The translations under genes were made by a program, and so were the position numbers. From Endomicrobiia bacterium (GTDB taxonomy: Bacteria; Elusimicrobiota; Endomicrobiia; DTEH01), in assembly GCA_039630545.1 (NCBI GenBank), contig JBCNUU010000014.1, positions 1-26,172 on the forward strand: a stretch of DNA of 26,172 bases, read 5' to 3'. This document shows, piece by piece, positions 1 to 8,096 of this stretch. Each line of letters opens with the position of its first letter. Position 1 is the first letter of the stretch. The notes under the pieces are model-generated. The model searched no databases. It was given only the letters and a program-made list of their open reading frames with translations, and was not told the origin of the DNA.

Positions 1-183
1 TGGATTATAAACTAAAGATTCTGCTTCATCACTTATGCTTATAAAACTATCACCTATGCTTCTTCCTTTTGCAGTATATAATTCAACAGAATAAATAAAA
101 TTAGTGTTAAGAATTATTACTAAAATTTTCGAAAGAATTTTTTTTGCTTTCATGTATATACCTGTATTAATTTCTTTTTTCAT
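1..183 (-). CDS. PorV/PorQ-family outer-membrane barrel, N-terminal fragment (runs off the left edge)
   Basis: Not in the ORF track. Hand translation from ATG at 183 gives MKKEINTGIYMKAKKILSKILVIILNTNFIYSVELYTAKGRSIGDSFISISDEAESLVYNP, open to base 1. SD GAGGT at 191-195; alternative ATG at 153. A signal-like N-terminus is followed by a motif matching the other four paralogues. Confidence 0.8.
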   Translation of the reverse strand, partial: MKKEINTGIYMKAKKILSKILVIILNTNFIYSVELYTAKGRSIGDSFISISDEAESLVYNP

Positions 184-225
184 ATAAAAAACCTCATTTG
201 AATTTATATTATTTATTTAAAAAGA

Positions 226-2769
226 TTACTTTTTAAAATATGCAGATAAAACAACTAAAGGAGCTGAGAAATCAATTGCATTTTCATTAGTAAGCCAAGA
301 ATCAGGAACATCAAAATAACCCTTTGGCCCTAAAGTATCGCTGTTTGGACCTTGGACTAAAAGACCAGGGAATACAATTCCTTTTGAAAGAGTAAGACGG
401 TTATGAACATTCTGAGGATAGTCACTACCTAATCCAGTTACATAGCTTTTAGTAAGAGGATTTTTCCCAAACACATAATTAAGTTGTTCTAAGCAAGCAT
501 CTAGATATTTATTGTCTTTTGTGATTATATAAGCCATCAGTAAAGTTACTCCACTGGCAAGTACCCTTTTGTTTGAAGTATAGGTAAATTCTAAAAGACC
601 TGTTCTGTAAAAATTATCTTTTATATTTATTAACCTTAAAATTCCATCAGCAGTTTGTATTATTTGAGTTTTAATGAATTCTTTCAATGGCGGTTCAGTT
701 TTTGAATTAAAATATAAACTATAATATGCTATGGGATGAACCATATCCCATGATATGTTAGTTATAGGACCTCTACCTGAAAATTGCTTAGTATAATTTA
801 GCTTTACATAATCATAATACTTCTGTTCACCTGTTGTTAAGTATAACTCTGCAGCAGCCCAGAATCTTGCAGATTCATCCTGACCTACAGGATATTCTCC
901 TGTGTTTATGTCAGAAGGATTTTTAAAACCGACAAAACCATTTTTTTCAAGCCAACTCCACGCTTTTTTTGCCGCTTCTAAACACTTGTTTGCAAATTGA
1001 ACATCGTATTTTTTGTATATTCTTGCAGCCTGTGCCATATTTGCAGCAAATACACCTACATTGTGAGACATTACACCAATTATGTAGATCGTATCATTGT
1101 CTTTCTCCGGAGGAGTCCATAAACTTGGAAATTCTTTTGTGGTTGCTTTGTGATAAACCACACCATCTTTATCTTGCATCTTTAACATCCATTCAAGTTC
1201 ATATCTTACTTCATCTAACAAATCTGGAATTCCGTTTCCTGATTCAGGAATATCTAGTTCTTTATCTTTAAACTTTTCTGGCATGATTTCGTAAAGCAGT
1301 AAAAACTGTCCTACTGTGACAGCTGCTGAAGGCAAATATTTTCCATAGTCACCTGCATCATGCCATCCTCCGTTTACTTCAAGTGTGCCTTTTTTGTTTA
1401 ATGAGGGGTGAAATTCCGCAGGTCTATTATGACATGGACCTTTTTTAAAACCTGTAATTTTGTCATCTATTTCTATGCCACACCTCTGTAAGTAGTAAGA
1501 CCTCATAACTTTGTAGAATACTTCGTTGTAAATATTTTCTGCTATAACAAACTCATAACTTTCTTCATTTAAAGAAGGAATGAATATCTTATATCTTCCA
1601 GGAGTAGTTAACTGTGAAAAATCCCCTTCCCAGATGTTATCCTTGGAGGACCTATCTATACCTTTATTTTCCAATTTACCTTTAAATACAACTTTTGATG
1701 TCTTGACATCTATCACTTCAAACTCAGTAGCTTCTTTATCAACTAAAACAATTTTTTTAGAGGTAGGAAGATACCCAACCTGGTTAATTTTTATAGGAAG
1801 CGGTTCTTTTTTAAGAACAAGTACTACTTCTTTGGTTACTGTTTGATCTTTATGTTTCCCGGTAATTTTTGTCCTTCCGGAACCTTTAAGCAATACTTCA
1901 GCATAGCTTTCTTTATTAGTATAATAATTTTTGTTGTCAACAGAAATCTGCACTCCTTCAATTGAAGAAAAATTAGATACAGCGTAGATTTTAACTTTTT
2001 CTCCTTTGGGTGTAAGATTTTTCTTTAAAGGTGTGTAAATATTAAAAAATTGAAAATCATCTACTTTTTTAAGAATAGCACTGCCCCATACTGTGGTCAT
2101 TTGCCATCCTTCGCCATCTCCATTCCAGGTAAGTTGACTTTTTCGCAATTTTCCTTCATCTGCATCATCTATTGCAACATCAAAAAGGTATTCTTTAGAA
2201 TCAATAGGAACTACATAAATTAAGTTTTCTAAAGGTACAGAGGCCTCCAAGTTATAACCTTTATTATCTTGCCATTTTTTAACTACTAATCTGGCATTTT
2301 TTACTTCTCCTCTTGCTAACACCTCAGATATATTTGACCATGACCAAACTTGCACATCACTTCCAGCTTTAAATCCTATTTGATAATCAGTAGGTGTATA
2401 AAACTTCTTTGGCTTATCCGGCGTTTTTTCTCCAATATATAATTCAATGCAGTCTCCATTATAGATACTATCATTTGTTGAAAGGTTGTGTGCAGGAACA
2501 TTATCTCTAACCTTCGCTGCGAGATATAGGTTTTTGCTATCCATTGCCACATATATTTCTGCAGATAAGTCGTTTACTCCATCCCAGCTACCACGAGTTA
2601 CAAGTGATTTTTCATTCAAAATAATTGGTTTACCAAAAGTATTCCATTCCAGGATTTCTCCATCAACTTTTATAATATTATCCTTTATTAAAGGGATCTC
2701 ATATTTTTTACTGCAATAAATGTAGTTTATTAAAGCAGCTATTAGTAAAATTTTTGTAAAAATATGCAT
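226..2769 (-). CDS. Exported GH9 endoglucanase with N-terminal CBM9-like (DOMON-like) domain and CelD_N Ig domain
   Basis: GH9 motifs GGWHDAGDYGKY, NPLTKSYVTGLGSDYPQNVHNR and SWLTNENAIDFSAPL; CelD_N start IKINQVGYLP; CBM9-like IKVDGEILEW...DLSAEIYVAMDSKNLYLAAKVRD...YNGDCIELY...GYNLEASVP. Signal peptide has a Cys at position 19 (possible weak lipobox). SD GGAGG upstream. Confidence 0.93.
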   Translation of the reverse strand: MHIFTKILLIAALINYIYCSKKYEIPLIKDNIIKVDGEILEWNTFGKPIILNEKSLVTRGSWDGVNDLSAEIYVAMDSKNLYLAAKVRDNVPAHNLSTNDSIYNGDCIELYIGEKTPDKPKKFYTPTDYQIGFKAGSDVQVWSWSNISEVLARGEVKNARLVVKKWQDNKGYNLEASVPLENLIYVVPIDSKEYLFDVAIDDADEGKLRKSQLTWNGDGEGWQMTTVWGSAILKKVDDFQFFNIYTPLKKNLTPKGEKVKIYAVSNFSSIEGVQISVDNKNYYTNKESYAEVLLKGSGRTKITGKHKDQTVTKEVVLVLKKEPLPIKINQVGYLPTSKKIVLVDKEATEFEVIDVKTSKVVFKGKLENKGIDRSSKDNIWEGDFSQLTTPGRYKIFIPSLNEESYEFVIAENIYNEVFYKVMRSYYLQRCGIEIDDKITGFKKGPCHNRPAEFHPSLNKKGTLEVNGGWHDAGDYGKYLPSAAVTVGQFLLLYEIMPEKFKDKELDIPESGNGIPDLLDEVRYELEWMLKMQDKDGVVYHKATTKEFPSLWTPPEKDNDTIYIIGVMSHNVGVFAANMAQAARIYKKYDVQFANKCLEAAKKAWSWLEKNGFVGFKNPSDINTGEYPVGQDESARFWAAAELYLTTGEQKYYDYVKLNYTKQFSGRGPITNISWDMVHPIAYYSLYFNSKTEPPLKEFIKTQIIQTADGILRLINIKDNFYRTGLLEFTYTSNKRVLASGVTLLMAYIITKDNKYLDACLEQLNYVFGKNPLTKSYVTGLGSDYPQNVHNRLTLSKGIVFPGLLVQGPNSDTLGPKGYFDVPDSWLTNENAIDFSAPLVVLSAYFKK

Positions 2770-2778
2770 GATAACCTC

Positions 2779-4953
2779 CTAAAAATCTATTCTCAAAACT
2801 AATTGTAAATAAGAATCTGGCATATGATCAGACCACTCTTTGTAATCACCATCACGAGTGTCGGCTATTGAACCGCTTGAACCACCAAAGCCACCTACTT
2901 CTAAAGCTGAGGGATCAGTTTTTTTGTATCTTAAACGAAGATTTATATTTGGAAAAAGTTTTGCTAAGATTTCAGCGTACATTATCTTTTTTGTGTAAAA
3001 ATATTCATGGTACAATTTAACATCGCCTGCGTCGTCCTGTCTGTAGCCAAAGGCAACCTCCAAGTTACTTCTTATGGGAACTTTAGCACCTAATTCTATA
3101 TATGTCTGTTTTATATCTAAAACTTCATCTTTATAGTTTTGTATTCCATAATAAAGCAATAAATTAACTAAACCACCACCTATTTTTGTTGTATTGCCAC
3201 CTATCTCTATAGTTGTTTCTTTTATGTTTGGGTTTACGATACGATTTACTGAAATATAATTTGCAGAAAGATTTAACTGATATTTTCTTAATCCAGCTTC
3301 AATCTCAAACCCTTGCTGGTCATTATATCCAACACCTATTATATGTGCAAATTTATTTTGAAGTATGGTATTTTCATTTCTTCTTTCTACATGAAGAACA
3401 TTTGACTTTTCTTCTACATACCATGGTAGACATACATCAGTATACTGATAAGAACCAAAATCCGGGGTAATTAGTCTGAAACCCCCACCAAAATATATGT
3501 CTTTGTAAGTTTCAGCTACTGCTTTAAATATTAAAGCTTCTCCTGAAGTAACAAGAGGTTTTTCAAAAGGTTCCACATAAAGTATGCTCCTTACTTTTTC
3601 GTCTTTTTCCATATCTTTTTTCCAGTAAGCATATTGTCCTGCCGCTTCATAAGCATATTCTCCACTGAGAGTAATTCTTGATAAACCTTTTATATCTTTC
3701 ATTATGTAATAACCACTTAACCCATATACTCCAAAATCAGAGATTGTTTTGTTTTCTCCAGTGTTTATATCTTTAGCGATTTGATAACCAATCAAAAATG
3801 TTGGATATATAAATATATTTTCACCCAGAGAGGGCTTTCCTTTAGCTCCAAAAATAATTTTCCCTTTCCAGTGATCATAACCTAAAAATGTTTCCCATCC
3901 ACCCGCTCTTCCTATAGAACCTACAATGTGTCCACCGATTAGTCTGCTTTGACCAAAAAGAGAAAAAGGAGACCATCTAAGCCAGAGTGTACCTAATCTA
4001 AAGTTGTCTATGTAAGGTAGAGGATCCTGTAAAGTAGCATATAATTCTTTTATAGAAATTGCATATTCTGGATTGTTTACTATTCTGAAGTCATCTCCAC
4101 GCATAAAATCTATTTTTCTAAAAGGTGTATATCCTGTAATTACATATTTGCTTGGAAGTGCTATTTTGGTTGTAAAAGATAGATTGCCAGAGTAAATTGT
4201 AGGCATAAAATTAATTGAAGTATATAAGCCCTTTCCACCACCTAAACCAGAATCTTTCAGTTCATCGTCTTCGTAATACTCCACCAACATATAACCATCT
4301 GGAATTTTTGCCCATATAGGTTGTTTCATGGAAGGTGCGCCTGATACTATTTCTAATTCATCAATCCAACAAGTTCCTACTATTGGGACATCTCGAGGTG
4401 CTCCATTGTTGTTTAAGGCTATCTGGAATGTAATTGCTACTATTTTTGTCCAATCCAAATCCTGCTGTTGAATGATTCTGCCTGGAGTTGCTCCCCATGC
4501 TTTTTCTGTCATAAATGAAAAAGGAATAATTATTCTTTGCCATTTGTTTCCATCTAATACTATTTCGTTTCTATATTGAAGCTTTCGTTTGTTATTGTCT
4601 TCAACAACCACCCAGAATTCTCCACCGCTTCCGGAACCTTTTACCCATACAGACAAAGCATCAGCAGATGTGAAATCCTTCATTCCTATTACTCTTCGCA
4701 CTACAATCCAGTTATTATCGTAGTCAAACGAATTGATTCTATAATCTATTCTCATACTGTATTCTCCAAATAAACCTTTATCGCTTTTCACATTCACTTC
4801 AGACATGGGACCACTTCCCCACCAGTATAACTGTTCGTGAGATGCTCTTTCAAAATTGTCAAGAGTTTCAACTGACACTATCTTTGCTGAGTATAAATAA
4901 AAATGTAAAGCAAAAATTATTAGTAGAAAATTTAGTATTACTGTTTTTTTCAT
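2779..4953 (-). CDS. CBM11/CIA30-like carbohydrate-binding domain fused to a probable outer-membrane beta-barrel
   Basis: Signal peptide. Residues ~28-203 show LDNFE...DFTSADALSVWVKGSGSG...WQRIIIPFS...LDWTKIVAITFQI...GTCWIDELEIV. The remainder has amphipathic Gly/aromatic strands (LSGEYAY, FGGGFR, LEVAFGYRQ, INLRLRYKK) and ends YLQLVLRIDF with a terminal Phe (BAM-type signal). Confidence 0.7.
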   Translation of the reverse strand: MKKTVILNFLLIIFALHFYLYSAKIVSVETLDNFERASHEQLYWWGSGPMSEVNVKSDKGLFGEYSMRIDYRINSFDYDNNWIVVRRVIGMKDFTSADALSVWVKGSGSGGEFWVVVEDNNKRKLQYRNEIVLDGNKWQRIIIPFSFMTEKAWGATPGRIIQQQDLDWTKIVAITFQIALNNNGAPRDVPIVGTCWIDELEIVSGAPSMKQPIWAKIPDGYMLVEYYEDDELKDSGLGGGKGLYTSINFMPTIYSGNLSFTTKIALPSKYVITGYTPFRKIDFMRGDDFRIVNNPEYAISIKELYATLQDPLPYIDNFRLGTLWLRWSPFSLFGQSRLIGGHIVGSIGRAGGWETFLGYDHWKGKIIFGAKGKPSLGENIFIYPTFLIGYQIAKDINTGENKTISDFGVYGLSGYYIMKDIKGLSRITLSGEYAYEAAGQYAYWKKDMEKDEKVRSILYVEPFEKPLVTSGEALIFKAVAETYKDIYFGGGFRLITPDFGSYQYTDVCLPWYVEEKSNVLHVERRNENTILQNKFAHIIGVGYNDQQGFEIEAGLRKYQLNLSANYISVNRIVNPNIKETTIEIGGNTTKIGGGLVNLLLYYGIQNYKDEVLDIKQTYIELGAKVPIRSNLEVAFGYRQDDAGDVKLYHEYFYTKKIMYAEILAKLFPNINLRLRYKKTDPSALEVGGFGGSSGSIADTRDGDYKEWSDHMPDSYLQLVLRIDF

Positions 4954-4976
4954 TTTTTGCTCCCTTAAAATTAAAT

Positions 4977-5885
4977 TTAAAATTTAGCTACGCAACCAAT
5001 TCTATAAGTATTTGGTAAACCTGTCTGTGATATTAAATATACAAAATCAAATCGCCATGCTCTGAGAGTTAAACCTATACCTAAACTTATATTACTTCCT
5101 CCACTAACCTGTTGGTATCCGACTCTTACATCAAGAAGTCTGTAAATTAAAGCATACTCTCCACCCGCAGAAATAGATTTTTCAGAAATATCGTAATCTA
5201 AAGAAACCAAAGCTTTTTTCTCTAAATTGTAAGCGACACCTGTTCTTATATTTGAAACGTTAGATCCATCAACTTGGTTGTTTCTATAACTTACTCCTAC
5301 TCTTAATAAATTTTTGTCCATTTTCATTGAATATAAAACGCCTATATCATATCCCAAATTCATATCTACAAATGTTTTTTCTTGTTGAGCAACTACATTT
5401 CCATCTTGATCATATACAGTAGAAAATATATCAGGTTTGTCCTCATATAATCTGTGCAAAAGTTTCAAACTTAAACCTGCATATAGTTCCGAAGTAGGTT
5501 GGGTTACTAATCTTCTTGCATAACTTAAACTGAAAATTTTTTCACTATAGTAAGAAGAAAAACCTAATATGGAAGCATTGATACCCAAAGCTCCTTTTCC
5601 TTTATCAGGAGTAGCTATACCTAAGTAAGAATAAGAAAGTTCAGGAATGTTGAAAAGTTTGGTATACATTAAAGAAACCTCTTTGTAGATTCTGTTTTGT
5701 GCTAATCCAGCAGGATTAATAAAACTTCCTTCTGATTCTTCTGCAATGGCTGTGTAAGCACTTCCAAAACCTAAAACTCTTCCACCAACATTTTTTACTC
5801 CAGAAAATTCAAAAGATGAAAAAGAAATCGTAAATAATAAAAACTCTGCTATAAATATTTTTACTAATGGATTTTTATTTTTCAT
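4977..5885 (-). CDS. PorV/PorQ-family (FadL-like fold) outer-membrane barrel
   Basis: Signal peptide; GGRVLGFGSAYTAIAEESEGSFINPAGL; YDIGVLY; LDVRVGY; about 300 aa; terminal Phe (GCVAKF). SD GAGGAG. Confidence 0.82.
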   Translation of the reverse strand: MKNKNPLVKIFIAEFLLFTISFSSFEFSGVKNVGGRVLGFGSAYTAIAEESEGSFINPAGLAQNRIYKEVSLMYTKLFNIPELSYSYLGIATPDKGKGALGINASILGFSSYYSEKIFSLSYARRLVTQPTSELYAGLSLKLLHRLYEDKPDIFSTVYDQDGNVVAQQEKTFVDMNLGYDIGVLYSMKMDKNLLRVGVSYRNNQVDGSNVSNIRTGVAYNLEKKALVSLDYDISEKSISAGGEYALIYRLLDVRVGYQQVSGGSNISLGIGLTLRAWRFDFVYLISQTGLPNTYRIGCVAKF

Positions 5886-5915
5886 TTTTTACTCCTCTTG
5901 TGTAAAAGTTAATTC

Positions 5916-7400
5916 TTATTTAACTTTGTAACTTTTTACTAAAGCTGTAGTATACTTAGTATAAGTTGTGCCATCTATTTCAACATCTACTTTTATAATG
6001 TAAATTCCAGGAGGAACCAGTTTGTCGTTGTTATCATATCCTCTCCAGGATATTACAGCATTTCCTCCAGCTAATGGTTGTTCAGATATGTAGTTTTTAG
6101 CAGTATTTTTGTCTGCTATCAATTTACCTGAAGAATCATAAATCTTTAAACTTACTTTGCCTGATTTTGTAGAATCTCTCAAAGAAATCAAGATTACAGT
6201 ACCTCCACCCTGAACTTTTTTTCCATCTTTTAGTTCAAGTAGTTCTCCTGTATCTCCAGGATAAAAAACCTGAGGAGAAACTTCTACTTTTTTTATCATA
6301 CTTTCTTCTTCTGTAGACTTGCCTGTTTTAGAATATGCTACAGGGTAGGAGTTTGGATCGCTTGGGTCTGTTGCCGCTGCAAACTCTTCGTAGTCGTTCC
6401 ATCCATCATTATCTGTATCCTTTGTCCAAGTAGAGGTATCATAGGAGATTAAATATATATCATCTACCCACACTTCTCCAGTTCGCGCACCATCAGCTTT
6501 TCCCATGGTTTGAAACTGTATTGCTTTTATTTTGTCAAATTTTCCTCTGGTTAGTCTTGAAGGTTTATCTTCAAGAGGTGGATATTTTGTGGTGTCCTTA
6601 AGCTCTTCTCTTCCTAAAGATTGTCTAGGTTCAGTTGCTTGGGTGCCATCTTGAAGAGTATCATATGGTTCCAGGTCGTCATAAGGATCACCAAAATATC
6701 TATCGTTATCAACCCATGCGAAAGGCCACCCACCATCTTGTAGTTTGTTAAAAAGTATTACATGAAATTGCCAATCACGAGAAAGTTGTCTTCCAGAGGC
6801 AGAAGCAATTCCTACCTCTTTTGGCACATCACCATAGGTACCAGGTGCAAGTTTATATGTGAGTTTTATTTTTACTTCTTTTCCTCTTCCTGTAGCATTT
6901 AATATGTCATCCGAAACTTTCATCCAGAAAGCAATACCATTGAATTCTGAAAGATCTACATATTGTTTTATCTCTACTGAAGGCAAATCTTTGTTTTGTC
7001 CTACATCTATAAAATTTGTTCCCATGGAAGCATATGCATAGTTAAAATTGCTTCTGCCTACATCAAATCTAAAATATCCACAGTATTTACTGTTTTTCAC
7101 ACCATGAGGTTGTGGTTGAAACGGTGTAGCAGTTCCAGTGGGATCTGGTTCTGGAAAAACGAATGAATGAGTTGAACCGTTTACAACTTGAGGTCTTTTG
7201 TATCTTAAAGTTACAGGTTCAATTTCTCCCAAAACATCGGCTCTGTCATCAAATGTAAACCAGTATCCTCCAAACTCGTTTCTGTGGTTTCCATCTTCAA
7301 AGTTATCAACTAAAACTCTTTTGTATTGTTGCGAATAGGAAAAACACCATATTAAAAAAATGATAGAACTTCCTATTATTGCTTTTTGGCTGATTTTCAT
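5916..7400 (-). CDS. Exported, apparently non-catalytic glycan-binding protein: CBM11/CIA30-like domain, TSP3-like Ca-binding motif, C-terminal FlgD-Ig/T9SS-CTD-like domain
   Basis: LVDNFEDGN...GGYWFTFDD; YVDLSEFNGIAFWMK; DWQFHVILFNKL; KIKAIQFQ; GEVWVDDIYL; DTDNDGWNDYEEFAAATDPSDPNSYP; CTD VSPQVFYP...VSLKIYDSSGKLI...ISWRGYDNNDKLVPPGIYIIKV. SD AGGAGG. Confidence 0.78.
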   Translation of the reverse strand: MKISQKAIIGSSIIFLIWCFSYSQQYKRVLVDNFEDGNHRNEFGGYWFTFDDRADVLGEIEPVTLRYKRPQVVNGSTHSFVFPEPDPTGTATPFQPQPHGVKNSKYCGYFRFDVGRSNFNYAYASMGTNFIDVGQNKDLPSVEIKQYVDLSEFNGIAFWMKVSDDILNATGRGKEVKIKLTYKLAPGTYGDVPKEVGIASASGRQLSRDWQFHVILFNKLQDGGWPFAWVDNDRYFGDPYDDLEPYDTLQDGTQATEPRQSLGREELKDTTKYPPLEDKPSRLTRGKFDKIKAIQFQTMGKADGARTGEVWVDDIYLISYDTSTWTKDTDNDGWNDYEEFAAATDPSDPNSYPVAYSKTGKSTEEESMIKKVEVSPQVFYPGDTGELLELKDGKKVQGGGTVILISLRDSTKSGKVSLKIYDSSGKLIADKNTAKNYISEQPLAGGNAVISWRGYDNNDKLVPPGIYIIKVDVEIDGTTYTKYTTALVKSYKVK

Positions 7401-7425
7401 TTATATCCTCCTAAAAATTTTAAAT

Positions 7426-7446
7426 TAATACAAGTTATTACAAGTA
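7426..7446. repeat. Tandem direct repeat ACTTGTA with a 10-bp period (candidate operator)
   Basis: Plus strand taatacaagt-tattacaagt (7426-7445), just downstream of the putative -10 box. The repeat is seen directly; the operator role is inferred. Confidence 0.4.
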
Positions 7447-7447
7447 A

Positions 7448-7477
7448 ATAATATAAAATTTATTTATAGTTTGTCAA
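7448..7477 (-). promoter_or_regulatory. Putative sigma70 promoter upstream of the CBM11-CTD gene
   Basis: Perfect -35 TTGACA at 7477-7472, followed by TATATT (16-nt spacer) or TATTAT (18-nt spacer), in an 82-bp intergenic gap. The AT-rich background weakens the -10 call. Confidence 0.55.
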
Positions 7478-7482
7478 TACTT

Positions 7483-8013
7483 TTAAAAATATATATGGAA
7501 AGAAATGTTTAAATCTAAATCTCTACCAATACCAAATGTTATAATTTGAGTAGAATTATCTCCAGCATTAGGTCTACTTTCACCTAACAAAACTAAACCT
7601 ATTCCTAAAGGAATCTCAAATGAGAATTTTTCTGTGACAAAAATTTCAGGAATAAAACCAACAGAAATATGAATGTTTGTCCTTGTGGCATCTTCTTGAT
7701 GAGTATCATCCATAATTATTCCACCTTCTACAAACTTTTCTACTTTTACTTTTTTAAAATCCCAGAATTTGCTTCTTATTCTTAAAGCTCCTCTTAAATC
7801 AAATTCTGCATCATCATCGTTTTCTCTCTTTGTTTCATAAAACATTCCAAGGATTAACTGTAAATTAGTATTTTGCATTGCTTTTTTAAAAGAAATACCA
7901 TTATAAAAACTTTCATAACCTAAAGCATCAAATAATCTGTCTTGTGTGTAAGATAAACTTATAGAGATTAAAATTGCAAATAAAGAAATCCAGATAGATT
8001 TTATTTTTTTCAT
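7483..8013 (-). CDS. Small (probably 8-stranded) outer-membrane beta-barrel protein
   Basis: Signal peptide; 176 aa; alternating strands (GISFKK, LQLILGMFY, HISVGFIPEIFVTEKFSFEIPLGIGL); ends LNISFHIYF. SD GGAGG. Confidence 0.7.
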   Translation of the reverse strand: MKKIKSIWISLFAILISISLSYTQDRLFDALGYESFYNGISFKKAMQNTNLQLILGMFYETKRENDDDAEFDLRGALRIRSKFWDFKKVKVEKFVEGGIIMDDTHQEDATRTNIHISVGFIPEIFVTEKFSFEIPLGIGLVLLGESRPNAGDNSTQIITFGIGRDLDLNISFHIYF

Positions 8014-8055
8014 ATTTTTCCTCCATTATATTAAAATTTATAAAAAATTTATTAA

Positions 8056-8084
8056 AAAATAATAAAAAAAACAAGTATTGTCAA
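8056..8084 (-). promoter_or_regulatory. Putative sigma70 promoter upstream of the small barrel gene
   Basis: TTGACA at 8084-8079, 17-nt spacer, then TATTTT at 8061-8056, in an 83-bp intergenic gap. The spacer contains ATACTTGT. Confidence 0.45.
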
Positions 8085-8096
8085 CAAAACACAATT

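Noticed and set aside
4361..4543. 60-aa minus-strand ORF nested out of frame in the 724-aa gene
   Set aside because: Fully internal to a well-supported gene, with no recognisable features.
6342..6419. Dockerin/cellulosome interpretation of DTDNDG
   Set aside because: It is a single motif of the D.D.DG..D..E....TDP type (TSP3-like), not the duplicated dockerin repeat, and no cohesin is seen.
7471..8084. 11/12 inverted repeat (TTGTCAATACTT / AAGTATTGTCAA) flanking the small barrel gene, suggesting an invertible or mobile cassette
   Set aside because: Short and largely explained by the near-palindromic TTGACAA of two -35 boxes in AT-rich DNA. It does not extend, and no recombinase or transposase is present.
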